Positions 1-12,086 of a DNA stretch of 62,027 bases are shown here, piece by piece. Position 1 is the first letter of the stretch; each line of letters opens with the position of its first letter. The stretch comes from Nemertoderma westbladi (lineage: Eukaryota > Animalia > Xenacoelomorpha), in contig JAUCBJ010007974.1 of assembly GCA_032718475.1 (NCBI GenBank), positions 1-62,027 of the forward strand, read 5' to 3'. The notes under the pieces are model-generated. The model was not told the DNA's origin and searched no databases. It saw only the letters and a program-made list of their open reading frames with translations. The position numbers and the translations under genes are program-made.

Positions 1-1011
1 GCCAATAGAATTTGAGTGGGCGTTGATTTCGACCTATCCCAGAGCTACTGAACTGAATTTTCCTATCTCACTGCTCATCCTCTGTGTTGAACGGGAGCTT
101 CGGGGAATAAGGGTAGTTGGTATACTCGTATAGGGAGGTAGTCATATGATTCTTCATATGATTCTGTTGTTATGTTCCCATTTTTCGCCATAACACCGGC
201 TTTTGGGAAGAACTCTAGTAAAACTGCTTAAATTATCGAAAGTATAACTGTTACCTAACTTAACTCACTTAACTAACGAACTTAACGAGTCTCAATCATT
301 TAATTCAACTGCACTAATCATATTGTTTGTACTGTTATTTACCGTCAGTTATTAATTGTATCTATTTGTTGATGAAATATTGCCCTTTGGAGAATACGGA
401 TAAATCACCCAAATTTCCCAATTTTCTTGATACACTACAGGTTAGAGAGACAGGCTATATATAACAATTGCGATTTATATTAATGTGGTGTGTATTGAAT
501 CTAATGTTATTTAGCAGACCCTACATGAGTCAATTGCTGCTCTCTTTATGTGTGATCAAATATACTGACGGTCGGCAGAATAGTGTGCATGATTGTGATT
601 GGTAACAAAGTATTTCCTAAAGAATACGCCTTATACTTTAATCATAAGCGGTATCGTTGCGTTTAGTATAAGTCCTAGTTCTGTTTAAATAGATAGAGCG
701 CCACGTCCTAAAGGAACTGTTAATATTTCCCGAAAGCCAATAATATCTGTCAGAGATTAATTATTAACGATCTATCGAATAATACAGTAGGTTTACACTG
801 CAACCTTACACTGCAATAATACAATTTAAGCAGCCGAATTCAGCCTCCCGGGTGTAGATCCATCGGGTGAATGATCGCGCATGGGCTGGCTTCGGGTAAT
901 GTTTTGTTTATTAGCATAAAATACTGTCGTATGCTAAAGGTGTTTTAATTAACTAAAAGACATATAAATTTTGGCAGGTTAAACTGCTAAAGGTCTTCAA
1001 AAGCGCGAACA
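1..1011 (+). mobile_element. LTR (solo or 3' LTR, cut by the window edge) of the same BEL/Pao lineage, diverged subfamily
   Basis: About 220-1011 aligns with the reverse complement of LTR 36806-37590 (e.g. catataaattttggcaggttaaactgctaaaggtcttcaaaagcgcg) and ends ...gcgcgaaCA at 1011. No internal coding sequence follows. Confidence 0.85.
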
Positions 1012-2226
1012 CATATCAATCATTCATATGTCATAACACTGTAACAGGCTGTAACAGCAGCAATAGTGTTCAAATTATTTGAAATCGTCAAATAATTTTC
1101 TAAATTAATAATCCTGATTTCGTATAACTATGAAATTAATAAGATATAAATTTTTTATGATCGAAAAAATTACAAACATTTTCGTATCATATCGCATTTT
1201 CTTAAAATCACATTCATATCATATTGCTGTATTGTTTCCTTTTTTATACCTTCAAAAATCACCAAATATGCAAAATAACGTTCATCCATCATTACCGGTA
1301 CAGCAGTTACACATTATATATGAAAAATTGATTCGCATTGTAGCGGTAGCGTATTTCCTGTCAACAAAAACAAAAAGAAATTACAATTTATTAATTCAAG
1401 AAAATAATTTACCAAAAATAAACATCACAACTTTAAAAAAAAGTCGTAAAAAAGTGAGCACCTAACTTCATTAATCCAGCTAAATTTTTTGCTACCGCCG
1501 CTACCGAGGTAAATACCGCTACCGCAAAGCCATACCGCTACCGCAAAAATTTACTACCGTACAATCCCTGGGGGCCTACATCCTTTTGAATACTATATTA
1601 TCTCCAATAATTAAAATTTTTTAAATAGACTAAATAATTATCTTAGTTGTTAGTTGTCTTTTCATAAGTGTAACTGTAGTTGTGTATTGGTGGCTGAATT
1701 ATTGGGATCTCCTGTCTCAGCCACCAACCACAATATGTACTTTAATTATTTTATATATGTTATTATTATTGTTTTTTTTCTGTAACTCTATATCATGTAC
1801 CTGTACCTTAGACTTATATGTTTTATTCAGTATTATTATTATAATAGCTATTATTATTATATTATTCTAACGTTCTAAGTACCGGTATATTGTTATATGA
1901 AGCCGGTAAATTGACCTAATTTCTAAGTGGTTTCCTCTAGGAAGAGGTAAATTGACCAAAAATACAAAAAAATTATAAGTGATATGCCACGGGAACTGGT
2001 AAAAAAAAAATCAAATTGGAGGCCCCCAAACAGGAACGTCCCGGAATGGCTGAATTAGCACTTTAGGGTTTTACATGACACATTTAAAATTACATATTTT
2101 ACTAAGGAAATAATGAGTATTTTTTAGGCCTCCTCTTTCCTACTAACTCTTAGGCCCTACTTTACATTAGGCAATTTATTTATTGTTGCTGTTTGATTTT
2201 ATTATTTCCGTTAATAAAAGTGTGAG

Positions 2227-5112
2227 ATGCGCAGGTCGTCGGCGCCATCGCAGACGCAGTCTCCCCAAGTTCTGCCAAAGCGTTCGAAGTTTCATGTGCC
2301 TTTTAAAAAAGTCACTAGTGGCATTACAAATCTCGCTAATAACGAAGTGGACATCGATTTCAATACCAGAAGTGTACAATTTGATGGAAAAGAGGAAACA
2401 ACGTTCAGTAGAGAGATTATATCCCTGCTTGAAAATGATAGTTTAGAGAATATAATTGATAGAAATTTAGGATTAGAGTGCTCCGAAAGTGACCCTACAA
2501 ATAAACAATTAGGTGTTGATTACGAAATAGTTCGGGAGACGTTTAACAATAAAGAGAATGTGCAACCGGAAGAGGGAGTTTTTCAATGCAGTGATCTTAA
2601 ATCTGACTTTGAATGCCGATCTGATATGTTGGAACCTAATAATACCTTGATTCAGGACCAACAACCTGGAATTAGTAATAATAAAAGGAAAAGTATTCAA
2701 AAATTTAAAGCTAAGCTGAATACCGGTATTACATTAACACCAAAGTCAGATAACAGTGTTGTAATTCTTAAGACTGCGGTTTCTGAAAGTAATATAATTC
2801 ATCAACATCACCCTCGATATTTTAAAGTTACGTGGTGCAAATTGAGTTCAAGGAAACACAAGCGTTGGGAAGGAGATGCTATTCTGGAGGTTAAGTTGCG
2901 GACAGCCTCCATACTCAATATGGGAGGTAAAGTTATTGCAAAAGGCACAGGATACAAACAATCTGAACTAGCAACCCTGTTGGTGGGCGAGACTCTCAAG
3001 GTTAGCGGGAAAGAATGTGAGATCGTTAATCCTGTATCTGATGACGACTTTAAGTCTGGGCGATGTTTCAGAGCTCAATGGCAACCAGAAGTGCAGGAAC
3101 AAAGCACCTACTCACCCAAAAGTTTTTCATCATTTAAAATTCCTCAGATTTCAAAAGAATCCCTTGAAAGTTCTGTGAAGTCCAAAAGTGAAATCGCTCC
3201 TTCACTGTCTATTAAACCTCGACATGACCCCACGGTATCTGATGCCATCGTAATGCGACATCCAAACGCCAGTGATACCGGTCCTAACAATATTGTTGAT
3301 GTTGTCATAGACCCTTACATTTCGTACCATCTACGACGTCATCAACAAGATGGAGTTCGCTTCCTATACGATTGTGTGATGGGGTTTATGGAACATGGTT
3401 GTCATGGATGCATTCTCGCCGATTCCATGGGATTGGGGAAGACATTGCAGACGATAGCGTTGATTTGGACACTGTTGAAGCAGGGTCCTCATGGGAGACC
3501 AGTGATACGGAAAGCCTTGATAGCGACACCAAGCAGTTTGGTAGCCAACTGGCAGAGAGAGTTTGGCAAATGGTTAGGAGAGGAAAGAATAAAAGTGTTT
3601 ACTGTGAATCAAAATCAACGGGTAGATGAATTCATCAGATCCCCAATATATCCCGTTCTAATTTTATCTTATGATATGGTCATTCGGTGTGTCCATGATC
3701 TTTCCAAGATCAAATTTGACCTTTTGGTCTGTGATGAAGGTCATCGCTTGAAAAATAATTCTATTAAATTGACTTCCACCTTGTCTTCCTTGGGAATATC
3801 CCGCCGTATTGTGCTTACTGGCACTCCGATACAAAACAATTTAGTTGAGTTTCATTCCCTCTTGGATTTTTGCAATCCGAATATTTTGGGATCTTTGGCG
3901 TCATTCAGGAAGCTTTACGAAGAACCAATTGTGTGCAGCCACCAGGGGATCGCCACAGCAGAGGAGAAAATATTAGGAGCCGAACGAATGGCTGACCTCA
4001 ACAGGCTCACGGAGAAGATGGTTCTTAGAAGGACAGAAGAGGTAAATCGCGAGTACTTACCCTCTAAAATAGAGTGCGTTATATTTTGTCACCTAACGAG
4101 TTTGCAGCTCAGTCTATATCACTCATTGCTACGCACTCTAGTGAGGAATTCTTTCATTGATTCATCAGATTGTGGTTTCCACTTAGCTGGTATCGGGGCT
4201 TTAAGAAAGCTGTGCAACCATCCCAAACTTATATTTGAGTCGACGATTGACTCAGAGCACATTGAAGACCTTGATGGCATATATGTGGGTTTAAAGAAAC
4301 ATTTCCCTTCCGAATATAAACCGAAAGTAGAAGACTCAGGAAAATGTGTCGTTTTAGCTAAATTACTATCGGGAATTCACTTGAAGAAACAGAAAGTCGT
4401 TTTGGTATCAAGTTTTACTCAGACATTGAATGTAATGGAGGACATTTGTGTTAATGAAGATTATAAGTGTCTCCGACTGGATGGACAGACAACATCTAAC
4501 AAAAGGAACGACATTGTCCGTCTATTCAACTCAAAGTCCTCCCACTTCACAGTTATGCTACTCAGTACCAAAGCTGGAGGTGTCGGGCTTAACCTCACAG
4601 GGGCTTCCCATTTGATATTATATGACGTCGATTGGAATCCAGCCAATGATATCCAAGCGATGGCTCGTATTTGGAGGGACGGCCAATCGGGAGCCGTATA
4701 CATATACCGCCTCCTCAGTACAGGAACCATTGAGGAGAAAATGTACCAACGGCAGCTGACCAAACAGAAACTCAATACGGCAGTGTTCGAATACGAAGGG
4801 GGTGGAGGTAGGCGGGGGGCTGGTTTCTCGCGAGAAGAACTCAAAGAATTATTTCAATACACTAAAACTGCAGAATGTGAAACTCACGACCTGTTGCAGT
4901 GCGACTGTGACGGAACTGGTTACCAAGGTGCTAGTCTTGGTTCCGGGGAGCTTGTTAAGGACAGTGTTAATAGCTTGAGTCAATGGGAGCATTATCGATG
5001 TAGGTCTCTTTGTAACTACCCAGAGTCGTGGGTGTCTGTCTGTAGGGATTTGGGGATTTCCTATGTAGTTCGCCAGATATCCAACTCAGAGGGAGATTCT
5101 TCTACAAACTGA
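2227..5112 (+). CDS. RAD54B: DNA repair and recombination protein RAD54B-like (SNF2-family ATPase), single exon
   Basis: 961-aa ORF with SNF2 motifs ILADSMGLGKTLQ, DEGHRLKN, LTGTPIQNNL, LRKLCNHP, LLSTKAGGVGLNL and DWNPANDIQAMARIWRDGQ. It has the RAD54B/Rdh54-type N-terminal block WCKLSSRKHKRWEGDAIL and C-terminal CETHDLLQCDC. Confidence 0.9.
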   Translation: MRRSSAPSQTQSPQVLPKRSKFHVPFKKVTSGITNLANNEVDIDFNTRSVQFDGKEETTFSREIISLLENDSLENIIDRNLGLECSESDPTNKQLGVDYEIVRETFNNKENVQPEEGVFQCSDLKSDFECRSDMLEPNNTLIQDQQPGISNNKRKSIQKFKAKLNTGITLTPKSDNSVVILKTAVSESNIIHQHHPRYFKVTWCKLSSRKHKRWEGDAILEVKLRTASILNMGGKVIAKGTGYKQSELATLLVGETLKVSGKECEIVNPVSDDDFKSGRCFRAQWQPEVQEQSTYSPKSFSSFKIPQISKESLESSVKSKSEIAPSLSIKPRHDPTVSDAIVMRHPNASDTGPNNIVDVVIDPYISYHLRRHQQDGVRFLYDCVMGFMEHGCHGCILADSMGLGKTLQTIALIWTLLKQGPHGRPVIRKALIATPSSLVANWQREFGKWLGEERIKVFTVNQNQRVDEFIRSPIYPVLILSYDMVIRCVHDLSKIKFDLLVCDEGHRLKNNSIKLTSTLSSLGISRRIVLTGTPIQNNLVEFHSLLDFCNPNILGSLASFRKLYEEPIVCSHQGIATAEEKILGAERMADLNRLTEKMVLRRTEEVNREYLPSKIECVIFCHLTSLQLSLYHSLLRTLVRNSFIDSSDCGFHLAGIGALRKLCNHPKLIFESTIDSEHIEDLDGIYVGLKKHFPSEYKPKVEDSGKCVVLAKLLSGIHLKKQKVVLVSSFTQTLNVMEDICVNEDYKCLRLDGQTTSNKRNDIVRLFNSKSSHFTVMLLSTKAGGVGLNLTGASHLILYDVDWNPANDIQAMARIWRDGQSGAVYIYRLLSTGTIEEKMYQRQLTKQKLNTAVFEYEGGGGRRGAGFSREELKELFQYTKTAECETHDLLQCDCDGTGYQGASLGSGELVKDSVNSLSQWEHYRCRSLCNYPESWVSVCRDLGISYVVRQISNSEGDSSTN

Positions 5113-5344
5113 TAATAATAGCCTTACATTGACCAACTAACACTAACATTCTTGCATTTAAATATTAATATTTTGTACTAAAGATGTGCAATAGTTTCTG
5201 TAAATGCTGTGTAACTTTCGTCACCATTTTCATTATTACAGTATAACTACTGAACAAAACATTCATATTAATTAATTTTGCATTCAACACATCAACCACA
5301 TTTTTTATATTTGAAATTCATTGTGATTGATCAACTTATAATGT

Positions 5345-5760
5345 CTGGGATTGTTTTTCTGACGGTTTGTCTGACGGTTCATTCCAGCTAAAGGTTTTGT
5401 TATGTTGGTTTTCCTGGTCGCTGAATTTAATTAATTCGAATCGCCAGTTTTCACTTTTAACGAAAACTATTATGTCTGTCTGTCGGTATTTCTGTCTGTC
5501 CAAGGATCTGTCTGTCAAAGTAATAGGAAGGCATGGACCAACTAGCTAAACATGTTGTTATATGGGTTTTCATAGTTTCTGATTTAATTTCCGATGTCAA
5601 TTTTCATGTGTGACGTCATCCACATTGTCTGTTCAGCTGTCGGATATATTTTGACTGACAAACAGACAGACATGACACAATCAAATGAGAAAACTGACTT
5701 TTGAAATGAAATTACCGACCCGAAAGCACTTGCAACAAAATTTTCAGTTGGGTTGTGATG
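5345..5760. repeat. degenerate palindromic MITE-like element
   Basis: Inverted sub-repeats (tgtctgtctgtc at about 5473 vs gacaaacagacagaca at about 5657; cagttttc vs gaaaactg). The ends are poorly defined. Confidence 0.35.
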
Positions 5761-6471
5761 TTGTGTGCATAGTGACTTAGTACTGTACACACATGACTTA
5801 GCCTAGTAAATTTATTGCGCAAAATTAATTTAAAATATTAAGGGAAATAAACAGCTTACTGTGGTGGTGTCTTCTATCTAACCTAAACAATAAACGAAAA
5901 AGGGTTTCACTTACAGTCAATTTACGCCGCTACCTGAATTTGCAATGGTTGACTTTGGTCTTTGACACTCCAAGATGTGGAATGGTACCAGTAAGAATCC
6001 ACATAATGACACACCCCGCAACGTTTTGGCTTTGGGTTGCTCTATTTTTGTGACTCGGTATGTAGCGTACTGACATTACAGTCAATGACTGAATGATACA
6101 GTATAATTGGTGACTATATTAATGTCATTATCTTTATGATTAAAGCCCCTACAATTTATTTTTATCATGAAAAGTGTAGACCGGTATTATTGAGGGAGGA
6201 CAACTATAAATAAAATTCTGCCTACCGTTAACGTGTGTTTTACGTCTGCTGCTGCCGTCTACTGGCAGACTGGTCTACTATATGACTATATCAGTATATG
6301 TAGTTGTAGTAACGGTAGAGAGTATTATTTTATTTAGTATTTTTTTTAACCAATCATCAGATTAATGTTAGCCTAAGCCTACATGTAATTTAATTATATT
6401 GTAAATAAATTTATTATTTAATCTTTCTGTTTCGCATTTATTTATAATTTGTTACAAATCGATCAACAATA

Positions 6472-7461
6472 ATGTCCTCCGGGACAGAGAGAAAATTTAT
6501 AAACTTAAGGAAACGACTGGACCAATTCGGTTACAGACAACCGCTGGCGTTAGAGTCGGTCCCTCTGGTAGACAAACTCTTCGTGGATCTGTGTCACACG
6601 ACGGACAGTCTGAGGAAGAGCGTAGCCAAGGAAAGCAAGATCGTCGTGCACAGACAGGATTGGGAAGCGCATCTGGAGCCGTACAAGAAGGAGAACGCGA
6701 GACTCCTGCGAGAGAACAACCAGGTTCATTCGGAGTTGCTTCGAGCGAGGGAAGACCGAGATACCGCAGCGGTCGACGTTAAAGCGACGATTCGTAAACT
6801 CGAGAATGAGAACGCAGACCTCCGCTTCTTGAATAGCCAATACGTATATAAAGTTCAGACGTTGGAGAAGGAATCAGTAGCAAAGTCAGAGAGGATCGAA
6901 CGACTTCAGGAGAAGAACCTCCAAGCCGTGGTGCAGATCCCGGGAGGGAAGGAGCGGCAGATCCCCTTTCGTCGACAACGGATGTCGTTGGACGCGACGC
7001 TCCCAGCCGCCTCCGGGCCCGTCCGCACGGCGGAGTCGGAGCCGGAGGATCCGTACGTCGCGGATCTACTCCGCGTCGCGGACTCCCGCATGGACGCGCT
7101 GACCCCCGAGGTCGGGAGGCTTTCCGAGGAGTTGGAGATAGCGAATCGGAAGGGCTGCAACTACCGGAGTCGGATATCGGAGCGGGACGCCGAGATACAG
7201 CGGCTGGGTCGACTGCTGGAGGGCGGTAGGAGTTACGATGTGGTAGCTGCGGAGGCGCACAGTCGGAATGGGGAACTTCTGTTGAACCGACTCAATCTGC
7301 AAGTGGAATACTTACAGGCCGAGAACAAAGAGTTAGGGAGTAGATTGAAGGAGGCTTTACGATTTGTATCGTCTCACACTGACGCCTCTAGTAACCCAAC
7401 AATGCCTTACACCAATGGGTTGACCCATCAACTTAGTGACTCACCTTCCAGTATATTCTAA
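6472..7461 (+). CDS. CEP135: CEP135/BLD10 centriolar protein, N-terminal ~300 aa only (truncated paralog/retrocopy or large first exon)
   Basis: Conserved CEP135 N-terminus: ERKFINLRKRLDQFGYRQPL, LEPYKKENARLLRENN, LQEKNLQAVVQIPGGK..IPFRRQRM, DPYVADLLRVADSR, LEGGRSYDV, LNLQVEYLQ. Similarity ends near 7360; a Ser/Thr-rich tail and stop follow, with AATAAA at about 7609. Confidence 0.85.
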   Translation: MSSGTERKFINLRKRLDQFGYRQPLALESVPLVDKLFVDLCHTTDSLRKSVAKESKIVVHRQDWEAHLEPYKKENARLLRENNQVHSELLRAREDRDTAAVDVKATIRKLENENADLRFLNSQYVYKVQTLEKESVAKSERIERLQEKNLQAVVQIPGGKERQIPFRRQRMSLDATLPAASGPVRTAESEPEDPYVADLLRVADSRMDALTPEVGRLSEELEIANRKGCNYRSRISERDAEIQRLGRLLEGGRSYDVVAAEAHSRNGELLLNRLNLQVEYLQAENKELGSRLKEALRFVSSHTDASSNPTMPYTNGLTHQLSDSPSSIF

Positions 7462-8896
7462 AAGTGTTCTATTGTACATTTTATTTTTGTATTTTTCTAC
7501 TTTATGAGACAGACAATGGTTTTATTAAGTCCTCAGTCCTCAGGTCGTTTGTTCTTTCCGTATAATTTTTATAAGCGTGTGTTTTTCGGTTTGTTATTAT
7601 TATTTTATTAATAAAGAGATAATAGATATTTAAATCACATCACCAGTATACACAATGTCGGCGTTAATGACCTCACTGGAAAGCTGAGAGTGTTCTACAA
7701 TCTCCCTTCACCTCAAAGTTTACCCTTAAATATAATTAATTAATGTTAATTTAGCACAGAGATTACACACAAAGTTTTAAAAAAAGCTGAAAACAGTTTT
7801 AAAAATTTTGAATTTAAGTCCAAAATCCAAGTTTTACTAAATAACAACAGGTCAGCCATCCAGCGATATTTGGCCCCAATTATTGAATGCTAAAAAATGT
7901 CATTTTAAAGTGGGGGAGGGTATATAAATGTATTTAATAAACACTTAAAATCTGCTACCCCATTTTTTACAATGATCCTCACATTTCTGTTCAATGTTTG
8001 CCTAGAAGTAGGAAATATTCCGGTTCAGTGGACGTCCATTACAATAAAAGTCTTCTATAAGGGAAAGGGAAGCCAAATGGACCCTGGAAATTATAGGGGT
8101 ATCGCTCTTATTAGCGTTTTATTAAAATGCTTACTTCTATAATTAATAAGAGTGCAACGAGAATTAGCTAATAAATTCCCCCGGAACAGTATGGGTTCAT
8201 CCCAGAGCGATCAACACTGCAGGTTACGAAAACTCAGAAGATCGGGTATTATATTGCCTTTGTGGATTTCAAAAAGGCGTTTGATATGGTAAATACAACT
8301 ATCATGTTAAAGAACTGCTACCACGAATTTCAAATAAAAGGAAAAATGTATAGCCTCATCAAATCTCTACTGAATAATACCCTTAATTTCCGACGGCTTT
8401 CGCCTTTCAAACCCAATTGCGTGGTTTCCTCCAGGGTGATTCTTAATCTTTATCGCGGACCCGGCCACAGCTCTGCGGACCTGTTCTGCTTTACCGCCGA
8501 CGATCTCGCTCTCTACTCTACAAATCCAGTAGACATTCAAAGAGGTCTAGATACGTTATTTCAGTGGTGCAAGAAAAACTCAATGGAGGTCAACCTGCTA
8601 AAAACTAAGGTGATCAAGTGTAGGAAAGCTGGCCGACTTCGTAAAACCGACAAATTTCAATACGGAGGGGAAGGAGTTTCAATCTGTAATGAATACGAGT
8701 ATCTGCAACCTTCTCTCTCGTTCACCAAACACATAGAGAAAAAGAAACGCAAATAATTCGCAATCATTGGCTGATGGCAGAACCTAAACAAACTTTCAGT
8801 TTGTACAGCGATGAAAATATTCCGGAAGAAAATTATCCCGCTGGTCACATACGGATTCTCGGAGATTGGACATTATCTCAAACTAAATAATCTAAA

Positions 8897-9118
8897 TATA
8901 TATATATATGATTTGTATTAAGCCACACTGGGGGCAGATAAAATGATTTAGGAACAAGAATAATTAAATAATAAATTAATAAAATTCAATAAAATTAAAC
9001 AGGTTAGATTGAGTTAGTTAGATTGTTACTGAAGACCACTCAGTTAGGCTACGATGGTTGTTCCTACAATCGGGTAGATGGTAGGGAGAAGCTTGTCCTT
9101 CACACAAACGGCAAACAC
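8897..9118 (-). mobile_element. 5'-truncated LINE 3' end with (AT)n tail and 15-bp TSD
   Basis: Flanked by a direct repeat actaaataatctaaa (8882-8896 and 9119-9133). The minus strand encodes VCRLCEGQASPYHLPDC...stop followed by a (TA)n tail. Removing it restores the host frame GHYLKLNNLKELDKIK. Confidence 0.8.
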
Positions 9119-10840
9119 ACTAAATAATCTAAAGGAACTCGACAAAATTAAATCACGTTTTGTAAAAAAGACACTATCATTTCATTCAAATGCATCTGCA
9201 ACCGCGAGCTTGAATTCAATAGACGAGAAAACGTTCGTCGAGGAACTTTTAGAGTCCAACCCAACAATGTTCGACGATACAGTCCTACAGGAATACAGCA
9301 TATATCCTGGAACATAGTGTCGTTATTCAGGTACATGACCCCCCCCCCCCCCCCCCAAATTTTTCTACAAATCTTAATGAGATTGCATGGAATTTGAAAC
9401 AGAGATAGTTTCACCTCCCTCCTCCTTACGGGGTGAGCCAGAATTTTTATTTTCGCTTTCATTCTTTAGCTACAAGCTTTTAATAAAAGTGTCTCCGTCG
9501 ATATTGCACCAGTTACACTGCAGTTATTCTTCAAACATTTAGTGATTTGTTGGTACTAGTGGAAAGCTGACCGTGCAAGGAAGGATTCCCAATATGTAAA
9601 AATATTTGAATTTGGTTGGGAAATAGCTGAGTTATTGGCATTCAAATTTTGCATGTATTAGTTTCCGCTGCAGGCCATTTATTCTATTAAATAAATACAC
9701 AATGTTCTAGAACATTTTGTTTATCCCATAAGTAGCTTGGCAACAATGCAAGGTGTACTAAAAAACAGGTCATGCAGCGAGCGGATTCCTGAAATTAGCG
9801 CGGGCCGATCGTTTTCCTATTTATGACACTAGTTCGTAATATTTTCTTAGAAACCTCTCTTATGCAAATTTGGTTAGGTGGATATGGTGACTAGGGTTCA
9901 TAGAAATGTAATAAAATGTCTTTCTGGAATTTTTATCTTGTAGTTGCCAAGGTAACTGAATGCAAAGTTCAAATTTCTAGCGCCTGTAATTCAAGACGAC
10001 AATGGAATCTGTTCTTGAGATTCGGTATATGAGTAAAGGGAATAAAAGTCTATCAAAATATTTTACATTAAAATTTTTTCCAATCCCGTTTCCATGGTAA
10101 CGGGAATTATGATAATTTCCCATTATGACCGCCAGATAGAAATTGGGCTACTATTTACTACTTATATAATTTTCAACAAACATGCCTGGTGGCTGTCCTT
10201 TATTTCTAATAATTGCTAACCGAAATTTTATATTCTGGAATGTCAAAATCATGCTACTGTATCACAGGTCTTGCTCCCTGATTGGACAGTTTAGTTTATT
10301 GGCAAATATTGACTTTTAGAAATATGATTCACAATTGACGAATTATAAAATAAAATGTTGGCAATTTTAAATTATTTAGACTGACAAACCGAATAAAAAT
10401 GGTGTTTTATAAAATTGGTAGACAATTTTTAAAATTTTTCATTCTACTTATTTCCATGGCAAGGGGAATGTAAACAAATTCAAATGCAAAATATTTTGAT
10501 AGACTTTTATTTCCTTTAATCACCTACCAAATCTCAAGGAAGAATCCATTGTCGCCTTGAAATACAGGCGCGCAAAGTTTGAACTTTGCACCCGGTTACC
10601 TTGGCAACTACAAGATAAAAATTCCAGAAAGACATTTTATTACATTTCTATAAACCCTAGTCATCAGATCCACCTAACAAAAGTAGCATAAAATAAGTTT
10701 CTAAGGAAATATTATGAAAAAAGTGCCATAAATAGGGTAAAGATCGGCCCACGCTAATTTCAGCAATCCGCTCGCTGCATGACCTGTTATTTAGTAGGCT
10801 ACACCTTGCAACAATGCAATGCCTACGTGATAATACTATT

Positions 10841-11677
10841 ATATCGATGGTGTTTTATCATAACCACTCAACATTCAAAAACCTAATTGTTCGGGGGAGC
10901 ATTTTTCTACATTCTAATTCCCCCTATGATACCTAAGAGATAATTTTTGGTTTCATAAGGTAGATAATAAATCTTTCATGCGGTAAAACACCACAATTAG
11001 GATTTTTAGTGACATTTAACCAATTTATCGATGTTTTTTTAGGATTTGAGTGGTTATGCAAAATTTTTTCACTTAAATTGTGATTTTTCATAACGACATA
11101 TCTATTAATATGTTAGGCATACGAACAAAACAATCAGTGAAATCTGTCCGAGACAGTCTTTTCATGAACTGCTAACTATATTTCCTCCTATCCATCACTT
11201 CCGGCTCCATAAAACCTGGACTTTATGACCAATACAGTGCATTGTTTGAACAAACACAATTACCGGTATTCAATTAAATGTCAATTAAAAATGTAAAATA
11301 TTTATTTAATCTGAAATCTGAAAAAACACTCATGTAAAGAAGTACTTATAGTAGTTACAATTCGAATTTCCCGCCCATTGATAGTATATTGAGTCTGTAA
11401 GGGACGAATTTCAATCACCATCTCCTTATCTGTAATGATGGGCTATGGGTTTAAGTGGTTATGAAAAAAAAAGCCGTTTCCCTTGACTTAATGTAAAATT
11501 GGCATTTGAGTGGTTATGCAATTTTCTGAAATGCGCTGTAACTCAAGTACACGCAACAACTCTAGGCTCTAATACTTTAATAGAAGATTCGTAGAAGTCT
11601 AAATATGCCAAAAAACACCAAAACTCTATTTTGACAAAAATGACATTTGAGTCGTTATGATAAAACACCATCGATAT
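10841..11677. mobile_element. nested non-autonomous TIR element (MITE-like)
   Basis: About 30-bp TIR atatcgatggtgttttatcataac.actcaa at both ends (ATAT could be the TSD). Internal ttgagtggttatg sub-repeats. It interrupts the right arm of the 9296 element. Confidence 0.8.
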
Positions 11678-12086
11678 GGTTATTCATACATAATCAAAAT
11701 GTTCTAGAACATTGTGTATTTAGTTAATATAATAAATGGCCTGCAGTGGCAGCAAATACATGCAAAATTCGAATTCCCAAATCTCAGCTATTTCCCAACC
11801 AAATTCAAATATTTTTACATATTTGGAATCCTTGCACGGTCAGCTTTACACTAGTACCATCAAATCACTAAATGTTTGAAGAATACCGGCGCTGTAAATA
11901 TGGTACAATATCGACGGAGACACCTTTTTCAAACGCTTGTAGCTAAAGAATGAAAGCGAAAATAAAAATTCTGGCTCACCCAGTCAGTGGTCGGGAGGTG
12001 AAACTATCTCTGTTTCAAATTCTATGCAATTTCATTAAGATTTGTAGAAAAATTTGGGGGGGGGGGGGCAGGTACCTGAATAACGA

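Noticed and set aside
1130-1870. 111-aa and 62-aa ORFs
   Set aside because: AT-rich low-complexity or transposon-subterminal DNA (accgct repeats) with no recognisable protein motif.
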